This document shows positions 1 to 9,980 of a stretch of DNA of 64,000 nt, piece after piece. The number at the start of each line of letters is the position of its first letter. Position 1 is the first letter of the stretch. The position numbers were made by a program, and so were the translations under genes. The notes under the pieces were generated by a model. That model made no database searches and was not told the DNA's origin. It saw nothing but the letters and a program-made list of their open reading frames with translations. Source of the DNA: Promethearchaeota archaeon (GTDB taxonomy: Archaea > Asgardarchaeota > Lokiarchaeia > Sigyniarchaeales > SOKP01); NCBI GenBank assembly GCA_048941015.1, contig JBHLNZ010000005.1, positions 1-64,000 on the forward strand, written 5' to 3'.

Positions 1-419
1 ATTTTAGCAGCTTGTAAAGAAGTCCTCCATAGATGATTTTTGCTATGGTCTGGAATCTCCAGTTTATCAATATCTTCGTCAGATTTACAAATTTCTCCTT
101 GTTTACACATTAAAGGTTGATAATCAAACCATTTAATTGCATCTAATTTGTTATTCGCTTCCGCAAATGCTAAACCTTCACTTGGTCCTGCATAAGCACT
201 TGGAACATTTACAGAATCGGTATTTAAAAATTCAAAAGTGTTAATAATAGCATTAGCATAAACTTTTGGGGTTCTATATAATTCTTTTACCGTTTTTCCA
301 GTTACTCGACAAATCATCTGTTCTCCAGCAAATGCAAGGAATGGAACTTTATCAACTCTTTTTGATCCCGAGATCGTCCTAAAAATTCTATTTACAGAAG
401 CAACCCAGTCTTTAACCAA
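1..419 (-). CDS. Uroporphyrinogen-decarboxylase-fold methyltransferase (MtaA/MtbA-like), runs off the window edge
   Basis: Not in ORF track. Manual translation from TTG at 419 gives MVKDWVASVNRIFRTISGSKRVDKVPFLAF...KELYRTPKVYANAI...KSDEDIDKLEIPD, a typical URO-D/MT2 N-terminus. It starts 7 nt downstream of the corrinoid protein gene. Confidence 0.7.
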   Translation of the reverse strand, partial: MVKDWVASVNRIFRTISGSKRVDKVPFLAFAGEQMICRVTGKTVKELYRTPKVYANAIINTFEFLNTDSVNVPSAYAGPSEGLAFAEANNKLDAIKWFDYQPLMCKQGEICKSDEDIDKLEIPDHSKNHLWRTSLQAAK

Positions 420-426
420 TTTTTAC

Positions 427-1077
427 TTACACCTCTTTAATACGAATTAAATTATTTATTTTTTTAACTCCTTCCCAACCGTCTTTGGCAAACTCATCTG
501 CTCCTATCATTTCACACGATTCTTTTGACATTATCCCCCCACCTACGACTATTAGAGCCTTTATATTTTCACTCTTAAGCAAATTAACTGTTTCTACCAT
601 CTTAGAGATACTCATTGTCATTAATCCACTCAATCCTATCAGAATAGGGTTTATCTCTTTCGCTTTTCGAAGAAATTCTTCAGGTGGAACATCTGAGCCT
701 AAATCAACAATATCATAACCTTGTCCTTGCAGTAATGAGACAACCAAACTCTTGCCTATATCATGGATATCACCTTCAACCGTGCCAATTAAAATAGTAC
801 CTTTAGATTCTATTACAGATTTTTCATTTAACGATTTTTTTAATGCTTGAGTAGCAGCATTGATGGCATCACCAGTCATTAGTAAATCAGGAAGAAAATA
901 TTCATCCTTTTCATATAAATTTCCAGCCTCTTCAGCGCCGTTAAGAATTGCTCTATTCAAAATCTCTTTAGCGGATATTCCCATTTTAATAGAATTATTA
1001 ACCAAATCAATTGCTTTTTTTGGATTCCCTTCTAAAATTGCGCTCTTTAATTTTTCTAACGATTCTTCTTCTTTCAT
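427..1077 (-). CDS. Corrinoid (B12-binding) methyl-carrier protein, MtaC/MttC family
   Basis: Cap domain (YFLPDLL), GTVEGDIHDIGK (DxHxxG), SGLMT and VGGG motifs. Confidence 0.92.
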   Translation of the reverse strand: MKEEESLEKLKSAILEGNPKKAIDLVNNSIKMGISAKEILNRAILNGAEEAGNLYEKDEYFLPDLLMTGDAINAATQALKKSLNEKSVIESKGTILIGTVEGDIHDIGKSLVVSLLQGQGYDIVDLGSDVPPEEFLRKAKEINPILIGLSGLMTMSISKMVETVNLLKSENIKALIVVGGGIMSKESCEMIGADEFAKDGWEGVKKINNLIRIKEV

Positions 1078-1239
1078 AATTAATATAATATTATTTCAAT
1101 CCATTAATTTAAAAAGATTATCTAAGCCCAGATTTTTAAAAAATTCTAACAAAGATTTTTACCAATAAAAATATAAATCCCCTATTGAGGTTGAATTGTA
1201 GACCCCAATCTAAAATTTAGAAATTAGTAAAAAAATCTA

Positions 1240-2481
1240 TTATGTCTTTTCTTCTATAATTTCTGCTTTTTTATCTTTTCGATATTTGAGAATATATTCG
1301 TATAACTCTGCTAAGAACTTTTCAAATTCCATTGGATTATAGGTTAAACCAAATTCTCTATGGAGATCTAATTTTTCTAAATCTTCCCACCGTAATCCAA
1401 CACCTAAAATTGGTATAAGATGTAATTCATTTTCACGTCCGATGTTTAATTCAAAAATGCTATCCTTTGAGCTTAAAGAATTTTGAGTTGAGATAAAGAC
1501 TAAGACTTGAGATTTTTGAATTGTTTTTTTCATCCATTTATCAATGTTACCTGTAAGGTCCGCTTCACAAAAATAAACATGTCCAATTTTTTTTTGCGTC
1601 CTAAGGAAATTTGCAATATCTTCAATACGATAACGATTAAAATCTTCAACCGAATGGCTAATAAACACACGCATCCCTTTTTTAAGCCTTTTTCCTAATT
1701 CAAAATACCGGATTGAAATCAATATGCCTAAAAGACAAATGATTATAATCATGAGCATGTAAAGAAACTCATCTGTGTAATCCGTAATTAAGCTGGATAA
1801 CTGATGGTAAATATTATAATAAAGCCAAAATAAGCTTAATAAAATAAAATGTGGCAATTTAATTCTAATACCAAAGAAGAAAAGGTATCCTGCTGCTAAA
1901 TACACGAGTAATATTTGGAGTGTCGTTAATGTTGTTCCAATAATTAGTGCTGAAGATTCTGAGGTCAGTTCCGGAGCAATTAAAAAATGATACAGTAATG
2001 TTATAATGAAATAAATAAGGTAAAGAATTGCAAATGAAGTGATATAATTTCCATAGTTTTTTTCGTTTTTAACCCCAAAATTAAAAAAGATAATGAAAAT
2101 CGCAGGCATAATAGCATAAGAGGAATACAAAGCAATTATATCAAATAAGCCAGATAAAGCAGGGTTCAATAATCGAATCAGCATTAAAAATAAGAAAAAA
2201 AATACAATATATATTAAAAGGAGAACATATCCCAATACCTTCAATGACTTAGTTTTTTCAAATTTTCTTTTATCTTTATCTAACTCATAGCCAGCGAAAA
2301 TCAATAGGGAGACATAAAAATACCCTGAAAATAGGAATAAAAATGGATAAAAAAAATAACCTAGACTTATTTCAAAATACCCATAAAAAAGTACTCTCTC
2401 TAAAACAATCTCAATTAATGTAATAAAAAGACTTAAAACTAGAGCTATTAAAATCTGGGAAATACTTCGAATGGAGATCAC
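1240..2481 (-). CDS. Polytopic membrane protein (~8 TM) with C-terminal TIR domain
   Basis: About 8 hydrophobic segments in aa 1-260, then RVFISHS...SQVLVFISTQNSLSSKDSIFEL...LIPI (TIR pattern with catalytic-position Glu). GTG start. Confidence 0.8.
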   Translation of the reverse strand: MISIRSISQILIALVLSLFITLIEIVLERVLFYGYFEISLGYFFYPFLFLFSGYFYVSLLIFAGYELDKDKRKFEKTKSLKVLGYVLLLIYIVFFFLFLMLIRLLNPALSGLFDIIALYSSYAIMPAIFIIFFNFGVKNEKNYGNYITSFAILYLIYFIITLLYHFLIAPELTSESSALIIGTTLTTLQILLVYLAAGYLFFFGIRIKLPHFILLSLFWLYYNIYHQLSSLITDYTDEFLYMLMIIIICLLGILISIRYFELGKRLKKGMRVFISHSVEDFNRYRIEDIANFLRTQKKIGHVYFCEADLTGNIDKWMKKTIQKSQVLVFISTQNSLSSKDSIFELNIGRENELHLIPILGVGLRWEDLEKLDLHREFGLTYNPMEFEKFLAELYEYILKYRKDKKAEIIEEKT

Positions 2482-2648
2482 TCTAAAAATTTAAATTAAT
2501 TTCCAATATTGGTCTTTATTCATATCTTTAATAAATAATTTTCTTTTTTTAGAGAATATAAGGAAATTAAGTCTTAAAAAGTTGGAAAAAATATGTAAAA
2601 TGTATGTGCTAAAAAGAAAAGTAATTAATAAAATAAATTAAAAAAAAA

Positions 2649-4631
2649 TTATGCAATTTCAATATCCATTTTTTTACGCTCTTCAAGTAAGGTATCCACA
2701 ACAGATGGATCTGCTAAGGTTGTAACATTACCAACATCTGACATTGCCGCGATAGCTTTTAGGATTCGACGCATGATTTTACCACTCCTCGTTTTTGGTA
2801 AATCATCTGCGAATTGAACCACATCTGGCTGAAAAACAGGACCAATTTCTTTTCTTACATGCATTTGTATATCTTTCTTAAGCTCTTTAGTCTTTTCAGC
2901 GCCTTGTATCAGTGTTACAAAAGCCCAGATAGCTTGTCCCTTGATTTTATGAGGAAATGGCGCTACTGCTGCTTCTGCTACTTTTGGATGAGATACAATC
3001 GCACTCTCGACTTCCATTGTACCAATACGATGACCAGATACTTTAATAACATCATCTAATCTTCCCAATATCCAGTAATAGCCATCTTCATCTCGTCGTG
3101 CGCCATCTCCAGTATAATAGTATCCAGGATATCTTTCAAGATAAGTTGATTTAAATCGTTCAGTATCTCCCCATACATCACGTAACATACCCGGCCAGGG
3201 TTGAGCCATTGCAAAATATCCTCCTTCATCCGGTTCAGTGACTTCATCACCTTCCAAATCAAATATCACCGGTTTAATACCTAGAAATGGCATACAACAT
3301 GAACCAGGTTTTGTAGGAGTCGCTGTAGCAATTGGAGTCATAATAAAACCGCCTGTTTCTGTTTGCCAGTAAGTGTCTACTATTGGACAACGCTCTTTAC
3401 CCACTACTCTATGATACCAAGTCCATGCTTCAGGATTAATTGGTTCTCCTACAGTTCCAAGAACTTTTAGTGAACTAAGATCGTGTTTTTTAACAGGATC
3501 ATCTCCATATCTCATAAGAGCACGGATAGCGGTAGGAGCAGTGTAAAAATGAGTTACTTTATGGCGTTCCACAATATCCCAAAATCGATCTACATCAGGA
3601 TATGTTGGAACCCCTTCGAACATCAATGTAGTAGCACCATTTGCCAGTGGACCATAAGTAATATAGGAATGTCCCGTAATCCAACCTATATCCGCAGTAC
3701 AATACCATATATCTCCTTCATGATAATTAAACACGATCCTATGCGTATAAGAAGTGTAAAGAAGATATCCTGCAGTAGTGTGTTTTACTCCTTTTGGTTT
3801 TCCAGTAGTTCCACTAGTATAGAGTATAAAGAGAGTATCTTCTGAATCCATTTGTTCAGGTTCACATTGTTCGCTCATTCCATCAATAAAGTCGTCATAC
3901 CAAATATCTTTATTAGTATGAGGAATTTCTCTACCTGATCGCTTTACAACAATGACATGCTCAATAGTAGGGACATTATCGATAATCTCGATAACATCGG
4001 CCATTTTTGGATAAAATTTTCCTGCTCTTACCGTTTCATCACTAGTAAATAGAAGTCTTGAGTCAGAGTCTTCAATTCTATCTTTAACAGCTTCTTTAGA
4101 GAATCCGCCGAATACAATAGAATGAATTACTCCGATTCTGACACATGCAAGCATAATAATTGCCAATTCTGGAACCATAGGAAGCCAGATTGTTACTCTA
4201 TCACCTTTCTTTAGCCCTAATTTTTTCATACCATTCGCAACTTTACTTACTTCTTTTAATAATTCACTGTAAGTATATGTTTTTACTTGACCTGGAGCAT
4301 CAGCTTCCCAGATTAATGCAATGTTGTTTCCTTTTCCATTCTTTACATGTCTATCGAGACAGTTATATGCAACATTAAGCTTGCCTCCTACAAACCATTT
4401 TCCAGGAAACAAGTCGGTCTTTTCCCATACTTTATCATATTGTTTGAACCAATCGAGTGATTTAGCTTGTTCACCCCAGAATCCTTCCATGTCTTCAATT
4501 GATTTCTTGTAAAGTTTTTGATATTCTTTAAATGACATCCCAGTTTTAGCGAATTTAGAATTAAGTTTGACAGGATCGAACTTACGAGTTTCAGTAAGAA
4601 TACTTTCCATCTTTTTATCTTCTTCTGACAT
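2649..4631 (-). CDS. acs: AMP-forming acetyl-CoA synthetase
   Basis: YTSGTTGKPKG, ADIGWITGHSY, DTYWQTETGG and LPKTRSGKIMRR motifs. Confidence 0.97.
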   Translation of the reverse strand: MSEEDKKMESILTETRKFDPVKLNSKFAKTGMSFKEYQKLYKKSIEDMEGFWGEQAKSLDWFKQYDKVWEKTDLFPGKWFVGGKLNVAYNCLDRHVKNGKGNNIALIWEADAPGQVKTYTYSELLKEVSKVANGMKKLGLKKGDRVTIWLPMVPELAIIMLACVRIGVIHSIVFGGFSKEAVKDRIEDSDSRLLFTSDETVRAGKFYPKMADVIEIIDNVPTIEHVIVVKRSGREIPHTNKDIWYDDFIDGMSEQCEPEQMDSEDTLFILYTSGTTGKPKGVKHTTAGYLLYTSYTHRIVFNYHEGDIWYCTADIGWITGHSYITYGPLANGATTLMFEGVPTYPDVDRFWDIVERHKVTHFYTAPTAIRALMRYGDDPVKKHDLSSLKVLGTVGEPINPEAWTWYHRVVGKERCPIVDTYWQTETGGFIMTPIATATPTKPGSCCMPFLGIKPVIFDLEGDEVTEPDEGGYFAMAQPWPGMLRDVWGDTERFKSTYLERYPGYYYTGDGARRDEDGYYWILGRLDDVIKVSGHRIGTMEVESAIVSHPKVAEAAVAPFPHKIKGQAIWAFVTLIQGAEKTKELKKDIQMHVRKEIGPVFQPDVVQFADDLPKTRSGKIMRRILKAIAAMSDVGNVTTLADPSVVDTLLEERKKMDIEIA

Positions 4632-5009
4632 AATATTTCACATTTTTGAATTTCGAATTTTTGCGATTTACATAAATTTATTTATTAAATAAGTTTTGTT
4701 AATTTTTTAGAGATTTTTATCCAATCCCATTATTTTCAAAGATTTTACTTTCATAAGGACGAATAACTCGTTAAAAAGAAATATCTTGAATTTAATTTAA
4801 ACATTTTATTTATAAATAATATAATATTTCGAGTTATCAACCTTGGATTAATAAATTCAGGTATAAGTGAATTTTTAGATTATAATCGAAATTATTCATA
4901 ATTTCGATAAAAATATTTTTAATTAGTTATTTGGAATTTCAAAAAAAATATATTCTTTAAGATATAAATAATTACAATAAGAACCATGGATCAAGATAGA
5001 TATTAAAAA

Positions 5010-6920
5010 ATGGAAAAAATTAACATAACTGATAAGGATTGGCGTGAAAAATGGAAAGAGAAAGAAATTTCTGTTCAAGAAGCAATAAAAAAAATTATTC
5101 CTGGAAATAGAGTATTTATCGATACGGCATGTTCTGAGCCACAAGCATTAACAGCAGAGTTAATTAAGTCCTCAGAACGCCTTATTGATACAGAATTAAT
5201 CCATTTTTTAACCATCTTCCCTGAAAAGTATTTTAAAGATAAAGCGGAAGATTTATTTAGACATAACGCATTTTTTATTGGAAAAACATTGCGAGAAGAA
5301 ATTAATAAAGGGCAATCTGACTATACTCCTATTTTTGCTAGTGAAATTCCTTCGCTGTTTCTCACTGGAAGAAAAAATTGTGATGTCGCACTTATACAAA
5401 TAACTCCGCCTGATCGTTATGGTTTTTGTTCTTTTGGGATTAATGTTGATGTAGCCAAACCAATTGCTCAATCGACTTTTTTAACTATTGCGGAAATTAA
5501 CCCTCAAATGCCACGGACTTTAGGAAATAGCTTTATACATATGAAAGAAATTGATTATTTTGTTTTTAATGATGTCCCATTATTAGAATTTAATTTTAAA
5601 GAGGGAGATCCTATTATTACTGAAAAAATAGGAAAAAATGTGGCAAATCTTATTGAAAATAAGTCTACAATTCATATTGGTAATGGATATTTACCAAATG
5701 CATGCCTAAAATATTTAATGGATAAAAAGGATCTTGGTATGCATAGCCACTATATTACGGATAATATAATCCCATTAATAGAAAATACAGTTTTAACTTG
5801 TAGAAAAAAAAATTTCCATCCAGAAAAAATCATTACAAGTTTTGCATTAGGCACGAAAAAATTATATGATTTTGTCAATAACAATCCTTACATTGAATTT
5901 TTTCCTTCTGATTATGTATGTAATCCTCGATATATTAGTATGAATAAAAAGATGGTTTCTATAAACCAAGCTTTACAAATAGATTTAACAGGACAAGTAA
6001 ATGCCTCTACAAAAGGTTATAATTTTTATTCAGGAATTGGGGATACTGTAGATTTTATGCGAGGTTCCGCATTTTCAAAAGGAGGGAAACCAATTATAGT
6101 TTTACAATCAACAAAGAAAAATGGAAGTGAATCTACAATTGTGCCTCATTTAGATGAGGGTGCAGGTGTAATATTGTCTCGAGCTGATGTTCATTACGTC
6201 GTTACTGAATGGGGAGTTGCCTATTTGCATGGAAAAACAATAAGAGAACGTGTTATAGAGCTCATTTGTATTGCTCATCCTGATTTTCGAGAAGAATTAT
6301 TAGAACATGCTAAAAGTTTAAATTATATCTATTCAGATCAAAAACTTCCTTGTGATGCTGATGGAAATATATGTATTTATCCAAGCCAGTATGAAACGAT
6401 ATATACAATTCATAACAATGAAAAAATTAGAATTCGTCCTGTAAAGACTACAGATGAACCTTTACTAAAAGAATTATATTATTCTTTAAATGAAAGGGAC
6501 AGATATCTTCGATTTTTTGAGTTGAGAAAAGAATTTACCCATTCAAAAACTCAAAATGAAGTAAATATTGATTATACTAATATCTTTTCAATTGGAGCTT
6601 TTAGAGGAGAAATTGGAAAAGAAGAAATGGTTGGAAATGCTACATATCATTTAAATCCGAAAAATAATATGGCAGAATATAGCTTCCTTGTTAAAGAGGC
6701 TTATAGAGGGAAAGGGATTGGTTCATTTTTATATCACCATCTTATTGTTATTGCTAAGGAAAAAGGAATAAAAGGATTTTATGGTAATATACATATTCAA
6801 AATAAAAGCACTGTCCAAATTATTCGAAAAGGAGGTTTTACAAAAATAACTCCTCCAGAAGCAGGAGAAAAAGAATTATTTTATGAGGTTTTTTTTCATA
6901 AGGAAAACTCAATTGATTAA
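5010..6920 (+). CDS. Acetyl-CoA hydrolase/CoA-transferase-like domain fused to C-terminal Pat-type GNAT acetyltransferase
   Basis: DVALIQITPPD, EINPQMPRT, DLTGQV and VVTEWGVAYLHGK; C-terminal IRPVKTTDE...YLRFF...IDY...AEYSFLV...RGKGIG. Confidence 0.88.
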   Translation: MEKINITDKDWREKWKEKEISVQEAIKKIIPGNRVFIDTACSEPQALTAELIKSSERLIDTELIHFLTIFPEKYFKDKAEDLFRHNAFFIGKTLREEINKGQSDYTPIFASEIPSLFLTGRKNCDVALIQITPPDRYGFCSFGINVDVAKPIAQSTFLTIAEINPQMPRTLGNSFIHMKEIDYFVFNDVPLLEFNFKEGDPIITEKIGKNVANLIENKSTIHIGNGYLPNACLKYLMDKKDLGMHSHYITDNIIPLIENTVLTCRKKNFHPEKIITSFALGTKKLYDFVNNNPYIEFFPSDYVCNPRYISMNKKMVSINQALQIDLTGQVNASTKGYNFYSGIGDTVDFMRGSAFSKGGKPIIVLQSTKKNGSESTIVPHLDEGAGVILSRADVHYVVTEWGVAYLHGKTIRERVIELICIAHPDFREELLEHAKSLNYIYSDQKLPCDADGNICIYPSQYETIYTIHNNEKIRIRPVKTTDEPLLKELYYSLNERDRYLRFFELRKEFTHSKTQNEVNIDYTNIFSIGAFRGEIGKEEMVGNATYHLNPKNNMAEYSFLVKEAYRGKGIGSFLYHHLIVIAKEKGIKGFYGNIHIQNKSTVQIIRKGGFTKITPPEAGEKELFYEVFFHKENSID

Positions 6921-6969
6921 ATAATAATTAGCTTTAACTTTCTTTCTTAATTAATAATATTGTTTTCCT

Positions 6970-7761
6970 ATGAAGTTTAAATACACTGATTATCATATTC
7001 ATACTAAGTGGAGTATAGATATAGCCGATAATGGCCCGGTTTTTGAAGATTATATTAAAAAAGCGGAGGAGTATCGGATAAATATATGCTTTCTTGAGCA
7101 TTATGAGTTGTATTTAATAGAGAGAGATAAATTAAATCCATTTTATAATAATAATATTGATAACTATCTTGAGGAGTTAGATACTTTAAAAGAAAGCTAC
7201 GATTTCATTTATACTGGTTTAGAAGTTGATTATTATAGGGATAGAGAAACTAAATTGTTGGAATTTATGGATGATTATGAAAAAGAATTAGATTTTATTG
7301 CCGGTACAATTCATGAGTGGATACCAGGATATCCTATAACTACCAGAGACAGTTTAATCTTATTTTTAGAAAAGAAACCGATGAAAGATGTTATTGATGA
7401 ATATTTTAAAATTAGTAAAGAAATGATTGAATCAAAAATTTTTAAAAATGTTTGTCATATTGATACTATTTATCGTTATATTAATGAGAATGATATTATA
7501 CCAGAAGAAAATTGTGATATATCCGAAGAAAGGGTGTTGGAATTAGGACGTTTGTGTATAAAGAATAATATAAAAATAGAATATAATTTATCTGGATTAA
7601 AATTTCCAATAAAACGCCCATTTCCTTCAAGGAAAATAACTTTAGAATTAATAAAGGAAGGAGCAAGGTTTTTTGTGGGTTCAGATTCTCATTCGATTGA
7701 ATATTTCGAAAGAATTATTCCTGAAATAAAGAAATCTTATGAATATTTAAATTTAATATAA
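6970..7761 (+). CDS. PHP-family phosphoesterase (histidinol-phosphatase HisK-like)
   Basis: DYHIHT, LEH, GLEVD, CHID and GSDSH metal-binding motifs. Confidence 0.85.
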   Translation: MKFKYTDYHIHTKWSIDIADNGPVFEDYIKKAEEYRINICFLEHYELYLIERDKLNPFYNNNIDNYLEELDTLKESYDFIYTGLEVDYYRDRETKLLEFMDDYEKELDFIAGTIHEWIPGYPITTRDSLILFLEKKPMKDVIDEYFKISKEMIESKIFKNVCHIDTIYRYINENDIIPEENCDISEERVLELGRLCIKNNIKIEYNLSGLKFPIKRPFPSRKITLELIKEGARFFVGSDSHSIEYFERIIPEIKKSYEYLNLI

Positions 7762-7784
7762 GTAAAAATCAATTGAATTAAATA

Positions 7785-8495
7785 ATGGATTCAAAGGAGA
7801 TACTTAATAAAATATCTGAATGGGATAAAAGGATAATTTTAAAGTATAATGGATTTGGTGGACCTAAGTTCACATTATTACTTAAAAGTCTTTCATTTTT
7901 TGGAAGAGAAACAGTTTGGTTACTTTTAATATGGTATTTTTTTTTCATTTGGTATGATCCTATTATCTTTTCTTATCTAACTACAACCTTTTTGGTGGGA
8001 TTGTTAATTATTGCTCCAGTAAAAAAAATTTTTGAAAGACCACGCCCTTTTGAAACATTGAAAGTAATTAAAGTTCTTGAACCTGAACCAACTTCAAGAA
8101 GTTTTCCATCTTGGCATGCTTATAATTTCGTATCTCAAGGTTTTTTAATTATATATCTCCTTAATTCTTTACCTATAACAATAATAATAATTGTTCTTAG
8201 TCTTTTAATTGCTTTTTCTCGTATTCAATTAGGGGTGCATTATCCTAGTGATGTCATCATTGGTTATTTTATTGGTATTATAGGGTTTCTTTTATCGATA
8301 GGAATACTTTCAAATCTATTTTTAAGAGTAGTAAAATCTATAGAAATGCTAATTGGAATTGAAATGTATTATCGAACATTAAATATTTATTTATTTGAAA
8401 ACATAGGGTATTTAATTCTAAGTATAAGCATATTTATTTTAATAATTTTAATTGCTTCTTATAAGAGAATTAAAGAAAGAGTTAATAAATTATAA
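7785..8495 (+). CDS. PAP2-family membrane phosphatase
   Basis: KxxxxRPRP, SFPSWH and SRIQLGVHYPSDV motifs. Confidence 0.92.
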   Translation: MDSKEILNKISEWDKRIILKYNGFGGPKFTLLLKSLSFFGRETVWLLLIWYFFFIWYDPIIFSYLTTTFLVGLLIIAPVKKIFERPRPFETLKVIKVLEPEPTSRSFPSWHAYNFVSQGFLIIYLLNSLPITIIIIVLSLLIAFSRIQLGVHYPSDVIIGYFIGIIGFLLSIGILSNLFLRVVKSIEMLIGIEMYYRTLNIYLFENIGYLILSISIFILIILIASYKRIKERVNKL

Positions 8496-8508
8496 TGCTA
8501 TCTTGTTT

Positions 8509-9759
8509 TTAGAGATTTAACTTTTTTTTTTTATCAAATAATCGCTTTAACTCATCTAAAACCTGCATTCGAGAATCGCCACTACGAGATCCTAACCTTT
8601 GTTGGTTAGGATTTTGAATTTCAATAGGAATTCCACTTTGGGCTACTTGAAATGCTCCACTTTCAATTGCTCTTAATCTTGTGTCTATATCATTAAGTTG
8701 TTTAGATATACTTTCAGAGAGGCGTATAACAGCATTCATAGTTTCTTCTAAGGTTTTGCCCAATCCCTCAACTTTTCGAAGGGTTGGATTTGTTAGAGAA
8801 TCTATTGATTTCATTGCTTCCTTAATATACTTTGAAAATTGAGGTTCATTCGAAATTAATGAATAAATTGAAGTAAGATATGCTTCATAATCAAAACCAT
8901 ATTGAGTCAGTAGCGTATTTAAATTTTCTTTTAAGAGTTCAATATTAAGGAGTATTTCAGGATCTGCTTTCAGATCTGGATCATATTTGTGAATATAAAT
9001 TAGAATAAACGGATTTTCTTCTAAAATTTTTAATATCTCTAAGATTTCTTCAAAATATTCAAAAGATTCTGCATATCTTTCCGAATCTTGAACATCAATA
9101 ACATAAATCAATAAATCTAACTGTAAGAAAAACTTTTCTGGATTTTCAATATATTGATTCCGATATTTTAATTGTCCTCCCATATCCCAAATAAATAGAT
9201 CTAACTCTGAATCTTCCGTTTTGATGTAATGTCGCTCTACACCCTTGGTCGGTTTTAGTGTTGCTAAGTCTGCTATTCCTAACTTTCCTCCGAATTTTGT
9301 TAAGATAGCTGTTTTTCCTGCGTTATCTAATCCAACTACTACAACTTTTTGTGCTGTTTTTTCAAATCCAGTTTGATCTTCTTTTATAGTAGCTATAATT
9401 GAACTGATAGTAATTGCTTTTTTTAAATTTCTTTCTAAATCAGGATTTTGTTTTACTAAAGTTTCTAATTTCTCATATAATTTCTCTTGTACTTCTGCTG
9501 CTTTTATTGGATCTTTAGTAGATTCAATGTTCTCTAATCTTTCAAAAGGACTTTCTTTATCTAATTTAGACGCTTCTTCTATATTAGAAACATCTAATAA
9601 TTCTTTTAATATTTTTGCTTCACTTTTTTCTAAAAATTTGTATGAGTATATTGGAAGTTTTAACACATCTTCTATTTGCTTCAAGTTTTTAACTTTGACT
9701 ACGTTTGAGTCTAAAAATTTAGAAATAATATTGATAATGTTAGTTATATTCGTTGACAT
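8509..9759 (-). CDS. Rag/Arf-like small GTPase with ~135-aa N-terminal domain and C-terminal coiled coil
   Basis: G1 GLDNAGKT, G2 PTKG, G3 WDMGGQ, G4 HKYD, G5 TSIY. Confidence 0.88.
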   Translation of the reverse strand: MSTNITNIINIISKFLDSNVVKVKNLKQIEDVLKLPIYSYKFLEKSEAKILKELLDVSNIEEASKLDKESPFERLENIESTKDPIKAAEVQEKLYEKLETLVKQNPDLERNLKKAITISSIIATIKEDQTGFEKTAQKVVVVGLDNAGKTAILTKFGGKLGIADLATLKPTKGVERHYIKTEDSELDLFIWDMGGQLKYRNQYIENPEKFFLQLDLLIYVIDVQDSERYAESFEYFEEILEILKILEENPFILIYIHKYDPDLKADPEILLNIELLKENLNTLLTQYGFDYEAYLTSIYSLISNEPQFSKYIKEAMKSIDSLTNPTLRKVEGLGKTLEETMNAVIRLSESISKQLNDIDTRLRAIESGAFQVAQSGIPIEIQNPNQQRLGSRSGDSRMQVLDELKRLFDKKKKLNL

Positions 9760-9843
9760 TTTAATATTTAATTTAATTTTTTATTATAGTAATAAAATGA
9801 ATTTTATATTATTATTTGTTAATCTTTTAAGATAATAGTTAAA

Positions 9844-9897
9844 TAGATCAAGATTTAAATCTTCACTACTAACATTTAATTAGATCAAAATTTAAAT
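9844..9897. promoter_or_regulatory. 17-bp direct repeat with overlapping 14-bp palindrome in the divergent GTPase/tfb intergenic region
   Basis: TAGATCAAGATTTAAAT (9844-9860) and TAGATCAAAATTTAAAT (9881-9897); AAGATTTAAATCTT palindrome at 9850-9863. Confidence 0.45.
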
Positions 9898-9980
9898 ATA
9901 TAAGTTATTTTAAATAGTATACGAAGAGAAAATAATTCCAATTAGAATCATTAATTTATAATTTAGTTTAAATAGTTTTA

